NCBI GenBank assembly: GCA_040905425.1
Contig: JBBDRO010000092.1
Span: 3,894 to 18,791 of the forward strand
Direction: 5' to 3'
Source of the DNA: Gemmatimonadota bacterium
Lineage (GTDB): Bacteria; Gemmatimonadota; Gemmatimonadetes; Longimicrobiales; RSA9
Length of the DNA: 14,898 bases
Shown: positions 6,703-14,898 of the stretch, one piece after another
How positions within the stretch are numbered: the stretch's first letter is position 1
Layout of the letters: every line of letters begins with the position of its first letter
Made by a program: the position numbers and the translations under genes
The notes under the pieces: model-generated
Told to the model about the DNA's origin: nothing
What the model saw: the letters and a program-made list of their open reading frames with translations, nothing else
The model's database searches: none

Positions 6703-9700
6703 ATGAGCCCCACGCACACGCCCCACCCCCCACAGCGCTGGCCACTCTCCCTGATCGCTCCGGCCGCCCTGGCCGCCCCGGTTGCTCTGGCCGCCCTAAC
6801 AGCCCTGACCGCCCTGACCGCCCTGACCGCCCTGACCGCCCTGACCGCCCTGACCGTCCTCACCGCCGCCCCCGCCCACGCCCAGCAGCGTTCCGGCGCC
6901 CTCACGGCCGCCACCCTGGACGAGCTGGCCTTCCGGGAGATCGGCCCGGCGGTGACCGGCGGGCGCATCCACGACGTGGAAGCGCTGCCCGAGGACCCGT
7001 CGGTGGTCTACGTGGCAGCGGCCTCGGGCGGCATCTGGAAGTCGGAGAACATGGGCACCACGTGGACGCCCATCTTCGACGACCAGCCGGTCTCCACCTT
7101 CGGTGACATTGCCATCGCGCCGAGTGACCGGCAGGTGATCTGGGCGGGCACGGGCGAGCAGAACAACCGGCAGAGCACCTCGTGGGGCAACGGCGTCTAC
7201 CGCTCCGCAGACGGCGGCGCCACGTGGACGCATCTGGGCCTCGAGGAGACCCGCCATATCGGCCGCGTGCGCGTGCACCCGACCGACCCCGATGTGGCGT
7301 GGGTGGCGGCGCTCGGCAACCTGTGGGCGCCCCACCCGGAGCGGGGCGTCTTCAAGACGGACGACGGCGGCGCGAGCTGGCGGAAGACGCTCTTCGTGGA
7401 CCAGAACACGGGCGCCGTGGACCTGGTGCTCGACCCCTCCAACCCGAACGTGCTCTACGCCGCCGCGTACCAGCGGCAGCGGCGCGCCTGGGGCTACAAC
7501 GGCGGCGGCCCCGGCAGCGGCATCTACAAGAGCACGGACGGCGGCGAGAGCTGGAGCGAGCTGACCAACGGCCTGCCGGTGGATGACATGGGCCGCATCG
7601 GCCTGGCCATCGCGGAGTCCAGTCCCAACATCCTGAACGCCATCGTCGAGACGTCGGATGACGCCACCCAGGGCATGTATCGCAGCGAGGACGCCGGCGC
7701 CACCTGGACGCGGGTGAACGAGCTGAACGCCCGGCCCTCCTACTACAGCCACATCTACATCGACCCCAACAACCCGGAGCGCGTCTATTCGCTGGCGGTG
7801 TCCTTCTACAAGAGTGAGGACGGCGGCCGCAGCTGGCGCACCATGCCCACGCGCCAGCAGTATGACGTGGGCGTGCACAGTGACTTCCACGCCCTGTGGA
7901 TCGACCCCAACAACTCCAAGCACCTCATCCTGGTGGGAGACGGCGGCGTCTACCAGAGCTGGGATATGGCGGAGCACTTCACGCGCGTGAACAACGTGCC
8001 GGTGGCGCAGGCCTACGGCATCGGCGCCGACGGCCGGGACCCTTACTACCTCTACGTGGGGCTGCAGGACAACCACTCCTGGCAGGGTCCCAACGCCACG
8101 CGCCACTGGATCGGCATCCTGGGGGACGACTGGCAGCAGATCGGCTTCAGCGACGGGATGTACCACCAGGTGGATCCCATGGACCCGGAGAACGCCCACT
8201 ACGTCTTCAGCAACAACGAGAACGGCGGCTACACGCGCGTGGACGCCTTCACCGGAGACATCCTGAACATCCGGCCCCCCAACGTGGCCGGGGAGCGGAG
8301 CCGCTTCGACTGGGTGGCGCCCTCGCTGCTGTCCCGCCACGACCCGCGCGTCTTCTACGCCGGCGGCAACCGCCTCTTCATCTCGCGGGATCGGGGCAGC
8401 TCGTGGAGCTGGACCGAGGACCTGACCCGCCAGATCGATCGGGACACGCTGGCCATCATGGGCGTGCTCGGCGCCGACATTGCGCACTCCAGGAACGACG
8501 GCACCTCCACGCACAGTGAGATCGTCACCATCGCGGAGAGCCCGCTGGACGGCCGCATCCTCTGGGTGGGCACCGATGACGGCAACATCCAGATCTCGCG
8601 CGACGGCGGAACCACCTGGAACGAGGTGTCCGGCAGCGTAAACGGTGTGCGGAACGGCACCTACGTGAGCCGTGTTCATGCGTCCCGCCGCTCGCCGGGG
8701 ACCGCCTACGCCACCTTCGACGCGCACCGGGACGGGGACTTCCGCCCCTACGTCTTCCGCACCACGGACTTCGGCGCGTCGTGGGAGAACCTGAGTGGCG
8801 GCTTGCCGGACGGCGCCGGCTCGGTGAACGTGATCGCCGAGCATCCGGCCAACTCGGAGGTGCTCGCGCTCGGCGCGGAGCACGGGCTCTTCGTGAGCGG
8901 AGACGCGGGCGCCACCTGGCTGCGCTACGGCGGCGGGCTGCCCACCACGCTCTACGACGACCTCCTCTTCCACCCCAGGTACCACGACCTCATCGTGGCC
9001 ACGCACGGGCGCGGCGTGTGGATCCTGGATGACGCCCGCCCGCTGACCATGACCCGGGCCATGGCCCAATCGGCCGCCCACCTCTTCCCCATCCGTCCCG
9101 CCACCACCTTCCACAAGTGGAAGGACACGTCCTATCGTGGACAGGACATCTGGACGGGAGAGAATCCGCCCGAGGGCGCCATCATTACCTACACTCTGGG
9201 CAGCGCCGCCCCCGAGGCCACGCTGACCATCACCAACGCCGTGGGCCGCACGATCGCCACGTTGGAAAGCGACGACGCCCCGGGCGTTCATCGCGTGATC
9301 TGGGATCTGCGCCACGCCATGCCCGGCGGGCGCGGGGAAGGCCCCTTCGTCATGCCGGGCACCTACACGGTGACGCTCGCGGCCGGCGGTGCCACGGCGC
9401 GCCAGCAGGTGGAGGTGCGGGGGGATCCGGCCGTGGCGGTGAGCGCCAGCGACCAGGCCGAGCGGGAACGCTTCTTCACCGCCATCCTGGACCTCATGGC
9501 CGCGGCCGAGGCGCTGGCCCCCCGCGTGCAGGACGAGGAGCTGGCCGACCGCCTGCAGGGCGCGGCGCGCGACGCCTCACGCCTCATCGGCACCTACATG
9601 GGCAGCGGCGTGCGGCCGGGCAGCATGTACCCGCCCACGCAGACCCACCTGGACGCGCTGGCGGAGGCGCGCGCGGAGGTGGACGCGGTGCGGCGCGCGG

Positions 9701-9711
9701 TGGGCGGCTAG
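6703..9711 (+). CDS. Secreted BNR/Asp-box (VPS10/sortilin-like, GH74-like fold) beta-propeller protein, putative glycosyl hydrolase
   Basis: ATG 6703 with GGAGA RBS; signal peptide ending PAHA. N-terminal FREIGPAVTGGRI. Repeated S/TxDxGxxW boxes (SADGGATW, TDDGGASW, STDGGESW, SEDAGATW, SEDGGRSW, SRDGGTTW, TTDFGASW, SGDAGATW). C-terminal Ig-like WDLR...PGTYTVTL and helical tail. Confidence 0.87.
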   Translation: MSPTHTPHPPQRWPLSLIAPAALAAPVALAALTALTALTALTALTALTALTVLTAAPAHAQQRSGALTAATLDELAFREIGPAVTGGRIHDVEALPEDPSVVYVAAASGGIWKSENMGTTWTPIFDDQPVSTFGDIAIAPSDRQVIWAGTGEQNNRQSTSWGNGVYRSADGGATWTHLGLEETRHIGRVRVHPTDPDVAWVAALGNLWAPHPERGVFKTDDGGASWRKTLFVDQNTGAVDLVLDPSNPNVLYAAAYQRQRRAWGYNGGGPGSGIYKSTDGGESWSELTNGLPVDDMGRIGLAIAESSPNILNAIVETSDDATQGMYRSEDAGATWTRVNELNARPSYYSHIYIDPNNPERVYSLAVSFYKSEDGGRSWRTMPTRQQYDVGVHSDFHALWIDPNNSKHLILVGDGGVYQSWDMAEHFTRVNNVPVAQAYGIGADGRDPYYLYVGLQDNHSWQGPNATRHWIGILGDDWQQIGFSDGMYHQVDPMDPENAHYVFSNNENGGYTRVDAFTGDILNIRPPNVAGERSRFDWVAPSLLSRHDPRVFYAGGNRLFISRDRGSSWSWTEDLTRQIDRDTLAIMGVLGADIAHSRNDGTSTHSEIVTIAESPLDGRILWVGTDDGNIQISRDGGTTWNEVSGSVNGVRNGTYVSRVHASRRSPGTAYATFDAHRDGDFRPYVFRTTDFGASWENLSGGLPDGAGSVNVIAEHPANSEVLALGAEHGLFVSGDAGATWLRYGGGLPTTLYDDLLFHPRYHDLIVATHGRGVWILDDARPLTMTRAMAQSAAHLFPIRPATTFHKWKDTSYRGQDIWTGENPPEGAIITYTLGSAAPEATLTITNAVGRTIATLESDDAPGVHRVIWDLRHAMPGGRGEGPFVMPGTYTVTLAAGGATARQQVEVRGDPAVAVSASDQAERERFFTAILDLMAAAEALAPRVQDEELADRLQGAARDASRLIGTYMGSGVRPGSMYPPTQTHLDALAEARAEVDAVRRAVGG
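6793..6864 (+). repeat. In-frame 9-bp tandem repeat (GCCCTGACC) encoding Ala-Leu-Thr in the signal peptide
   Basis: Six perfect copies at 6802-6855, plus degenerate copies GCCCTAACA (6793-6801) and GTCCTCACC (6856-6864). Confidence 0.95.
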
Positions 9712-11684
9712 CCGCCCGCCGCCGCCAGCCGCCGGACGGCCTCCACCAGGCTCTCCACCCGGGTGGGGTCAACGCTGCGCGCCACGTCATTCTCCAGGCT
9801 GGAGGCCACGTTGTTCAGCGCGCCACGGCGCTCCGAGCTGGAACGGCCCTCGGCGCTATCGAGCGCCTGCCGGGTGGCGCGGATGCGGTCGGCCGCCAAC
9901 CCGTTGTTGCGCTCCAGCTGGTCCACGAAGGCCCGCGCCAGCGCGAAGCTGGGCGGCCACACGAAGTGCGGCTGACCCTGCGCGTTCAGGTGCGTCAGGT
10001 GCACCGTGTTGGCCGCGTCGATCTCGTTCTGCGTGAGCACCTCGCTGGGCGTCAGCTCGAAGATGTCCAGCCCGCGCGCGATCTCGGAGTTCACGAGCAC
10101 GCCGTTGTACCAGTAGACCGACCAGGAGCCCGCGCTGGTCTGCCGGTCCGGGTTCAGCGGCCCGCGGTCGTGGAAGGCAATCTCCACCGGGTTGGCCGGG
10201 TCGGTCCAGTCGAAGACCGAGATGCCGCCCTGGTACCAGCCCTGCACCATCACGTCGCGGCCCGGGATGGGGATCAGCGAGCCGTTGTGGGCCACGCAGT
10301 TCTCCAGCGACGTCTGCGGCGCGGGCATCTTGTAGTAGCTCTGGAACTCCATCTGGCCGTCATTGATCGTGAAGAGCGCGTTCGCACCCCACTCGTAGGG
10401 ATCGTCGATGCGGCACTTGGGCCCGCCGCCGCCGCCCCACTCGTCGGTGAAGAGCACCTTGCTGGCGTCATTGCTGAAGGTGGCGGAGTGCCAGTAGGAG
10501 AAGTTCCGGTCGGCCACCTCGTCGACGCGGCGCGGGTTGACGGGGTCGCTGATGTCCAGCAGCAGCCCGTAGCCGCCGCACGCGCCGCCCGCCAGCCCGG
10601 CCCAGGGGTAGACGGTGATGTCGTGGCACTGGCTCGGGCCCCTGCCCTCTCCCTCACCACCGAAGAGCTGCGCAGCGATGCGCGGCAGCGCCTGGCGGAG
10701 CGCCGCGCTGTCCGCGGCCGTCACCGTGCTGCCGCCGCGAGCCGCGGCAATGCTGTCCAGCATGCTCTCGATCACGCGGCCCCGCAGGATGCGGTACTGA
10801 CCCTCGACCTGCACCACGAAGTCCCCGCGTGCCTCGGCAGCGGCCACGTCAGCCGGCGCCTCACCGTGGCGCGGCGGGGACACCAGGTCCTCGAAGATGC
10901 GCGGCGAGGAGACGATGGCCGCCGCCGCCGGGTTGTTCACCGGCACGCGGATCACCTCGATACGGAAGAGCGCCGTGTTGGGGTCCTCGTCCGGCATGAC
11001 GCCCACGCACCCGGGCAGCTCCTCTGCCGGACGCACGCGGGAGGAACCGGAGATGTAGACGTAGACGTTCTCCGTGTCCCCCGGATGCTCCAGCACCGTG
11101 TGCGTGTGCGAGCCGCGGCACGTCTGCACGTTGCCCACGTTCACGGGGTTGTCCAGATCGCTGATGTCGAAGATGCGGATGCCGCGCAGGCGGTCCTCAC
11201 TCACGGTCTCGTCCACGCCCTGGCCGCCGCAGTCCAGGCGGGCAGACGGCGCTTCGCCGGAGACGAAGAGCAGGTTGCGATAAACGGAGACGTCGCTTTG
11301 AGAAGCCGGGCAGAAGTAGCCCTTGCGCAGCCGGGGCGCGCGCGGATCCGAGATGTCCCACACCTGGAAGCCGTTGTAGTTGCCCTGGATGGCGTAGTCC
11401 CCCACGAAGGCCAGATCGGAATTGGTGGCGTCGAAGGGATCCGGCTTGGGCGTATTGGAGAGCAGGCGCAGGTTCCAGATGGCCTCACCGGCGTCGTGCA
11501 CGCCGGCGCGGAGCCCCACCCGCGGGTCGGGCGAAGGTGGCGTGACGGTGAGGCCGGTAGGCGCCGCCGAGGTGGACGGCGCCAGGACGGGCGGATTGCC
11601 TGTGGAGGTCGAGGCGCAGGACGCCAGGACGGGTACGCTCACGCACAGCGCGAGCGCCCGGATCCACGATGGACGTAGGCTCAT
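9708..11684 (-). CDS. LVIVD-repeat beta-propeller lipoprotein
   Basis: Lipobox-like VLASC. NSDLAF...QGNYNGFQVWDISDP and repeated strands (IRIFDISD, LLLDISDP, ISVFDWTDP). Its TAG stop overlaps the convergent gene's TAG (CTAG 9708-9711). Confidence 0.82.
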   Translation of the reverse strand: MSLRPSWIRALALCVSVPVLASCASTSTGNPPVLAPSTSAAPTGLTVTPPSPDPRVGLRAGVHDAGEAIWNLRLLSNTPKPDPFDATNSDLAFVGDYAIQGNYNGFQVWDISDPRAPRLRKGYFCPASQSDVSVYRNLLFVSGEAPSARLDCGGQGVDETVSEDRLRGIRIFDISDLDNPVNVGNVQTCRGSHTHTVLEHPGDTENVYVYISGSSRVRPAEELPGCVGVMPDEDPNTALFRIEVIRVPVNNPAAAAIVSSPRIFEDLVSPPRHGEAPADVAAAEARGDFVVQVEGQYRILRGRVIESMLDSIAAARGGSTVTAADSAALRQALPRIAAQLFGGEGEGRGPSQCHDITVYPWAGLAGGACGGYGLLLDISDPVNPRRVDEVADRNFSYWHSATFSNDASKVLFTDEWGGGGGPKCRIDDPYEWGANALFTINDGQMEFQSYYKMPAPQTSLENCVAHNGSLIPIPGRDVMVQGWYQGGISVFDWTDPANPVEIAFHDRGPLNPDRQTSAGSWSVYWYNGVLVNSEIARGLDIFELTPSEVLTQNEIDAANTVHLTHLNAQGQPHFVWPPSFALARAFVDQLERNNGLAADRIRATRQALDSAEGRSSSERRGALNNVASSLENDVARSVDPTRVESLVEAVRRLAAAGG

Positions 11685-12373
11685 GGTGTTCTATCCGTGG
11701 GAGGGTGGAGGCTGCCGCCGTCCCCGAAGAGGAGGGCAATCAGCATGGTGCGCATGCGTTCGATCTCGCTGGACTGGTCGGCGCCGATGTCGGACGCCAG
11801 CTTGAAGACCATCTCGTTCTGCGCGGCGCCGTCGGTGGCCAGCAGTTCATCGACCATAATGATGGCGCCCTGGTGGTGCTGGATCATGTAGGTCAGATAG
11901 AGGCGGTCGAACTCCTCACCACGCGCCGCGTCCAGGTTGGCCAGCTGCTCGGCGGAGAGCATGCCGGCCATCTGCATGTCGTGGTGCCCGCCGTGCATGG
12001 GCGCGTCCATGCCGCCGGCCGCTGGGTCGGTTACCGGCAGGTCCTGGTCACGCAGCCACTGCTGCATGAGCGCGATCTCGTCCTTCTGCCCGTTGATGAT
12101 GCGTGCGGCCATCGTCTGGAGGGCCGGGCTGGCACCGTGCGTGGGCGCCATGGCGGACATGACCAGCGCCTGCGCGTGATGGTGGATCATGCCGGTCATG
12201 AAGGCCGCGTCGGCCGGCGTGTAGGATGAACGTACGCTGTCGGACACGGCCGCCGCGGCCGCCACGCCGCCTGGCGCGGGCGTCACGATCACCGGCTCCC
12301 GGGCGGTCTGGCCGCAGCCGGCCGCGCCTACGAGGAGGCTACCGGCAAGCAGCGACAGGGCGGATTTCCGCAT
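11681..12373 (-). CDS. DUF305-family (ferritin-like, CopM-related) lipoprotein
   Basis: Lipobox-like GAAGC. Duplicated motifs DAAFMTGMIHHHAQALVM and DRLYLTYMIQHHQGAIIM, Q..EI..M, and a Met/His-rich linker MDAPMHGGHHDMQMAGM. ATGA overlap with the downstream LVIVD gene. Confidence 0.9.
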   Translation of the reverse strand: MRKSALSLLAGSLLVGAAGCGQTAREPVIVTPAPGGVAAAAAVSDSVRSSYTPADAAFMTGMIHHHAQALVMSAMAPTHGASPALQTMAARIINGQKDEIALMQQWLRDQDLPVTDPAAGGMDAPMHGGHHDMQMAGMLSAEQLANLDAARGEEFDRLYLTYMIQHHQGAIIMVDELLATDGAAQNEMVFKLASDIGADQSSEIERMRTMLIALLFGDGGSLHPPTDRTP

Positions 12374-12441
12374 GAGGGTCCCCCGGACTTTGTGGCGGAT
12401 CGCAGGTTCGAAGACGGCGGAGCTATTCCCGACGCTCCGTC

Positions 12442-12470
12442 AATTTACGCCAAGCGGCGCATCGTGCCAA
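12442..12470 (-). promoter_or_regulatory. Candidate sigma70 promoter for the DUF305-LVIVD operon
   Basis: On the minus strand: TTGGCA (12470-12465), a 17-bp spacer and TAAATT (12447-12442), about 70 nt upstream of ATG 12373. Confidence 0.5.
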
Positions 12471-12527
12471 GCCGGCACCGGCGGGGCATCCTCCGGGCCC
12501 GCCGCCCTCGAACCGCACGTTCGCGTG

Positions 12528-14090
12528 TCATGGGCTATCCTGGCGCCGCAGCAGGAGCGCACTCTCCGTGCGCGTGACCACGCGCCACCCGGGTGGTGCA
12601 TCGTCTCTGGTGGTCGTGGGCACCTGCCACCCGTCCACGGGCGGTACCACCAGGTCCAGTCCGGAACTGCCGGAGTGTGTGATCCACAAGTACAGGGCGC
12701 CCGGAGGCAGCGTGGATGGGTCGGGCGCCTGTACCGTGTGCACACCGCCGTGGACACTCAGCACCCGCGGAGCGTTGGACCACACGGGGACTCGCGCCAG
12801 GGCGGCATCGGCGCTCAACACCTCTCTCATCTCCTCCGCAATGCGGCGGAATTCCGGATCGTTCGCGCCCAGACCGTCCACCTGCCGTGCATTCACCACG
12901 CCGGTTACCGCTGTAATGCATCCGAGGATCACCCAGGGCGCCCTGCTGCGGGGGATCCACGCCAGCAGCAGCGGCAGCAGGCCGTACATCAGCAGCCGGG
13001 CGCCCGGATCGTACCAGCGGATGAGCAGGAGCAGGACGGAAAGCCCCACCACCGCGAGTCCGATCCTGCGCAGTCCGCCCTGACGCCCATCACCCGCGCG
13101 ACTCCGCAGGACCACGACGGCCGCCAGCCACGCTCCAACGCACGCCGCCGCGAACGCCAATGCAAGCGGGTCGCGGAGGGTGCCGTGCCAGGGAACCACC
13201 ACGTTCCGTACGATACTCCACGCCAGGATGACGGGCGCCGCCAGCACGTCGAGCACGGCTGTCGGACGGTGGGTGGGCGCCACCACCTGTCCTGTTATTG
13301 TGGCACTCCACCACATCAATACCAGGATCGTGGCGCCCCAGAGCAGAAGCGGCGGCAGTGCCACTCGTGGCCGACGCCACCACCCGGTCCCGAGCAGGAC
13401 AGCGGGCAGGAATACCGCTGCCACGAGCTTGAGGGCGGGCAACAAGGCCAGCGCGGCCAGGGCCAGCGTCGCGACCAGGCGCCACCGGTCGGGCGCCCGT
13501 TCCCGGCCCGCGTCCTGGTGCCACCGGTCGGGCACCCGTTCCCGGCCCGCGTCCTGGTGCCACCGGTCGGGCGCCCGTTCCCGGCCCGCGTCCTGGTGCC
13601 GGACGATTGCGAGCAGTGCGGCCAGGAAGATGCCGTAGGTGAGCACGTCGGGCTTGGCCACGCTGCACAACACCCGAAAGAAACCCATGCCGAGCGTGAG
13701 ACCAAGCCCCAGCGCCGCGGCGGGCGCCCAGCCGGCGCCGAGTGCCAGAACGATCATGGCGTAGACCGCCATGGCCAGCGCCACGCCATTGAGGAACTGA
13801 GCGCCCGCCAGCGGCTCGCGGAAGTGTGAGATCAACCAGGAATAGCCCGGGGGCCAGTGCACTACGGGAGCGCCGGCGGCGTCGACGAAACCCGCTCCCC
13901 CTGCTATGGACCGGGCCATTTCCACGAGCGTTATGGCGTCGGCATCCCGAACCGCCACCCCACCGGCCGCCAGCGTGGCGGTGAGCGCCACCCCCAGACT
14001 CAGCAGGCCGGCTGCGTACAGGTCGGTGCGCGCAATCGGGGCCCGGCCCCCGCCGCGCGCGGCAGCTGACGGCAGAACCGCCCCGCCCAC
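12528..14090 (-). CDS. Polytopic membrane protein, GT-C fold (ArnT/PMT-like) glycosyltransferase-like
   Basis: First TM followed by DADAITLVEMARSIAGGAGF...HWPPGYSWL, resembling the GT-C first external loop D...ARxL..G.G...(H/Y)PPxY. Many TM segments and a soluble C-terminal domain. Start is uncertain; GTG 14090 was chosen because it lies 2 nt after the dehydrogenase stop. Confidence 0.62.
   Translation of the reverse strand: MGGAVLPSAAARGGGRAPIARTDLYAAGLLSLGVALTATLAAGGVAVRDADAITLVEMARSIAGGAGFVDAAGAPVVHWPPGYSWLISHFREPLAGAQFLNGVALAMAVYAMIVLALGAGWAPAAALGLGLTLGMGFFRVLCSVAKPDVLTYGIFLAALLAIVRHQDAGRERAPDRWHQDAGRERVPDRWHQDAGRERAPDRWRLVATLALAALALLPALKLVAAVFLPAVLLGTGWWRRPRVALPPLLLWGATILVLMWWSATITGQVVAPTHRPTAVLDVLAAPVILAWSIVRNVVVPWHGTLRDPLALAFAAACVGAWLAAVVVLRSRAGDGRQGGLRRIGLAVVGLSVLLLLIRWYDPGARLLMYGLLPLLLAWIPRSRAPWVILGCITAVTGVVNARQVDGLGANDPEFRRIAEEMREVLSADAALARVPVWSNAPRVLSVHGGVHTVQAPDPSTLPPGALYLWITHSGSSGLDLVVPPVDGWQVPTTTRDDAPPGWRVVTRTESALLLRRQDSP
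13481..13600. repeat. In-frame 39-bp tandem repeat x3 (HQDAGRERAPDRW on the minus strand)
   Basis: Copies at 13481-13519, 13520-13558 and 13559-13597 of GCCACCGGTCGGGCGCCCGTTCCCGGCCCGCGTCCTGGT. One substitution at 13534 (Ala to Val). Confidence 0.95.
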
Positions 14091-14092
14091 GC

Positions 14093-14898
14093 TTAGTGCC
14101 CCCGCATTTCCTCCGCGTCCGCCACGCGCTTGAGCGCGATCATGTAGGCGGCCGTGCGCAGGGGGACGTTCCGCTCGCGCGCCACGGCGGCCACGTCGCG
14201 GTAGGCGTCGGTCAGCTTCCGCTCCAGCTGCTGGCGTACGTGGTCCAGCTCCCAGCGCAGCTGCTGCAGGTTCTGCGTCCACTCGAAGTAGGACACCACA
14301 ACGCCGCCGGCATTGGCCAGGAAATCGGGCAGGACGGGAATGCCCCGCTCCTCCAGGATCTTGTCCGCGATCGGCGTGGTGGGCGCATTGGCCGCCTCCA
14401 CCACCATGCGGCACTGCAGCTGGTTCACGTTGTCCTCCTTGGTGATCACGCCGCCCAGCGCGGCGGGCACCATGAAGTCACACGGTACGCCCCAGAGCTC
14501 CGCGGCGCCGAGCGTGTCCCCGCCCGCGAACCCGCCCACCGTGCGCGCCTCCGCCACGTGCGCCGAGAGCGCCGCCACGTCCAGCCCCGCGTCAGCCACC
14601 ACGCCGCCATCGGCGTCCGTCACCGCCACCACCTTCACGCCCTCGGCGGCCAGACAGGCGGCCAGGTGGCTGCCCACGTTGCCGAAGCCCTGGATGGCCG
14701 CGGTGGCGCCCTCCCAGGGCAGGCCCAGGTCCCGCGCGGCCTCGCGCATGGTGATCATCACGCCCCGGCCGGTGGCCTCCTCCCGGCCCAGCGAGCCGCC
14801 GAGCGCCACCGGCTTGCCCGTCACGATGGCCGGGCTGTAGCCACGCTTCTGGCTGTACTCGTCCAGCATCCACGCCATCACCTGCGCGTCCGTGCCCA
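14093..14898 (-). CDS. gdhA: Glu/Leu/Phe/Val dehydrogenase, probably glutamate dehydrogenase; C-terminal part, 5'-truncated by the window
   Basis: GTDAQVMAWMLDEYS, VTGKPVALGGSLGREEATGRG, Rossmann IQGFGNVG, EAANAPTT and PDFLANAGGVVVSYFEW. Frame is open to the window end. Confidence 0.9.
   Translation of the reverse strand, partial: GTDAQVMAWMLDEYSQKRGYSPAIVTGKPVALGGSLGREEATGRGVMITMREAARDLGLPWEGATAAIQGFGNVGSHLAACLAAEGVKVVAVTDADGGVVADAGLDVAALSAHVAEARTVGGFAGGDTLGAAELWGVPCDFMVPAALGGVITKEDNVNQLQCRMVVEAANAPTTPIADKILEERGIPVLPDFLANAGGVVVSYFEWTQNLQQLRWELDHVRQQLERKLTDAYRDVAAVARERNVPLRTAAYMIALKRVADAEEMRGH

Noticed and set aside
6796..9315. 839-aa minus-strand ORF
   Set aside because: Antisense shadow of the BNR-repeat gene, caused by strong GC3 bias.
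9117..11678. 853-aa plus-strand ORF
   Set aside because: Overlaps two well-supported genes; Arg/Gly/His-rich shadow translation.
12455..12470. Sigma54 promoter (TTGGCACG on the minus strand)
   Set aside because: The -12 GC is not at GG-N10-GC spacing; a sigma70 reading fits better.
13481..13600. CRISPR interpretation of the 39-bp repeat
   Set aside because: Copies are head-to-tail with no spacers and lie in frame within a CDS.
12372..13829. 485-aa plus-strand ORF
   Set aside because: No motifs; the opposite strand encodes a coherent polytopic membrane protein.
14091..14414. ORF-track start of the GT-C-like gene at 14414
   Set aside because: It would overlap gdh by over 300 nt in another frame and the translation is low-complexity.

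Overview
High-GC bacterial chromosomal window. The gene content suggests Gemmatimonadota, which is an inference. The plus strand carries, in order: the C-terminus of an S9 peptidase; greA behind a highly structured ~175-nt leader; a secreted M20 peptidase; a membrane-anchored M15A/LAS Zn-peptidase with Ca-binding-like loops; a 2-TM hypothetical protein; a signal-peptide-bearing cyanophycinase; a compositionally atypical AAA ATPase/winged-helix gene; and a large BNR/VPS10-type beta-propeller protein. The minus strand carries the C-terminal part of a glutamate dehydrogenase, a GT-C-like membrane protein with a 39-bp tandem repeat, and a coupled DUF305 plus LVIVD-type lipoprotein pair. The most striking unexplained signal is the AT-rich region at 5163-5221. 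It holds three ATAGATTGNTA repeats at an exact 19-bp period, overlapping a sigma70-like promoter whose predicted +1 falls on the ATG of the ATPase gene. This looks like a self-contained, leaderless, probably autoregulated acquired module. No rRNA, tRNA, CRISPR array or transposase was seen.
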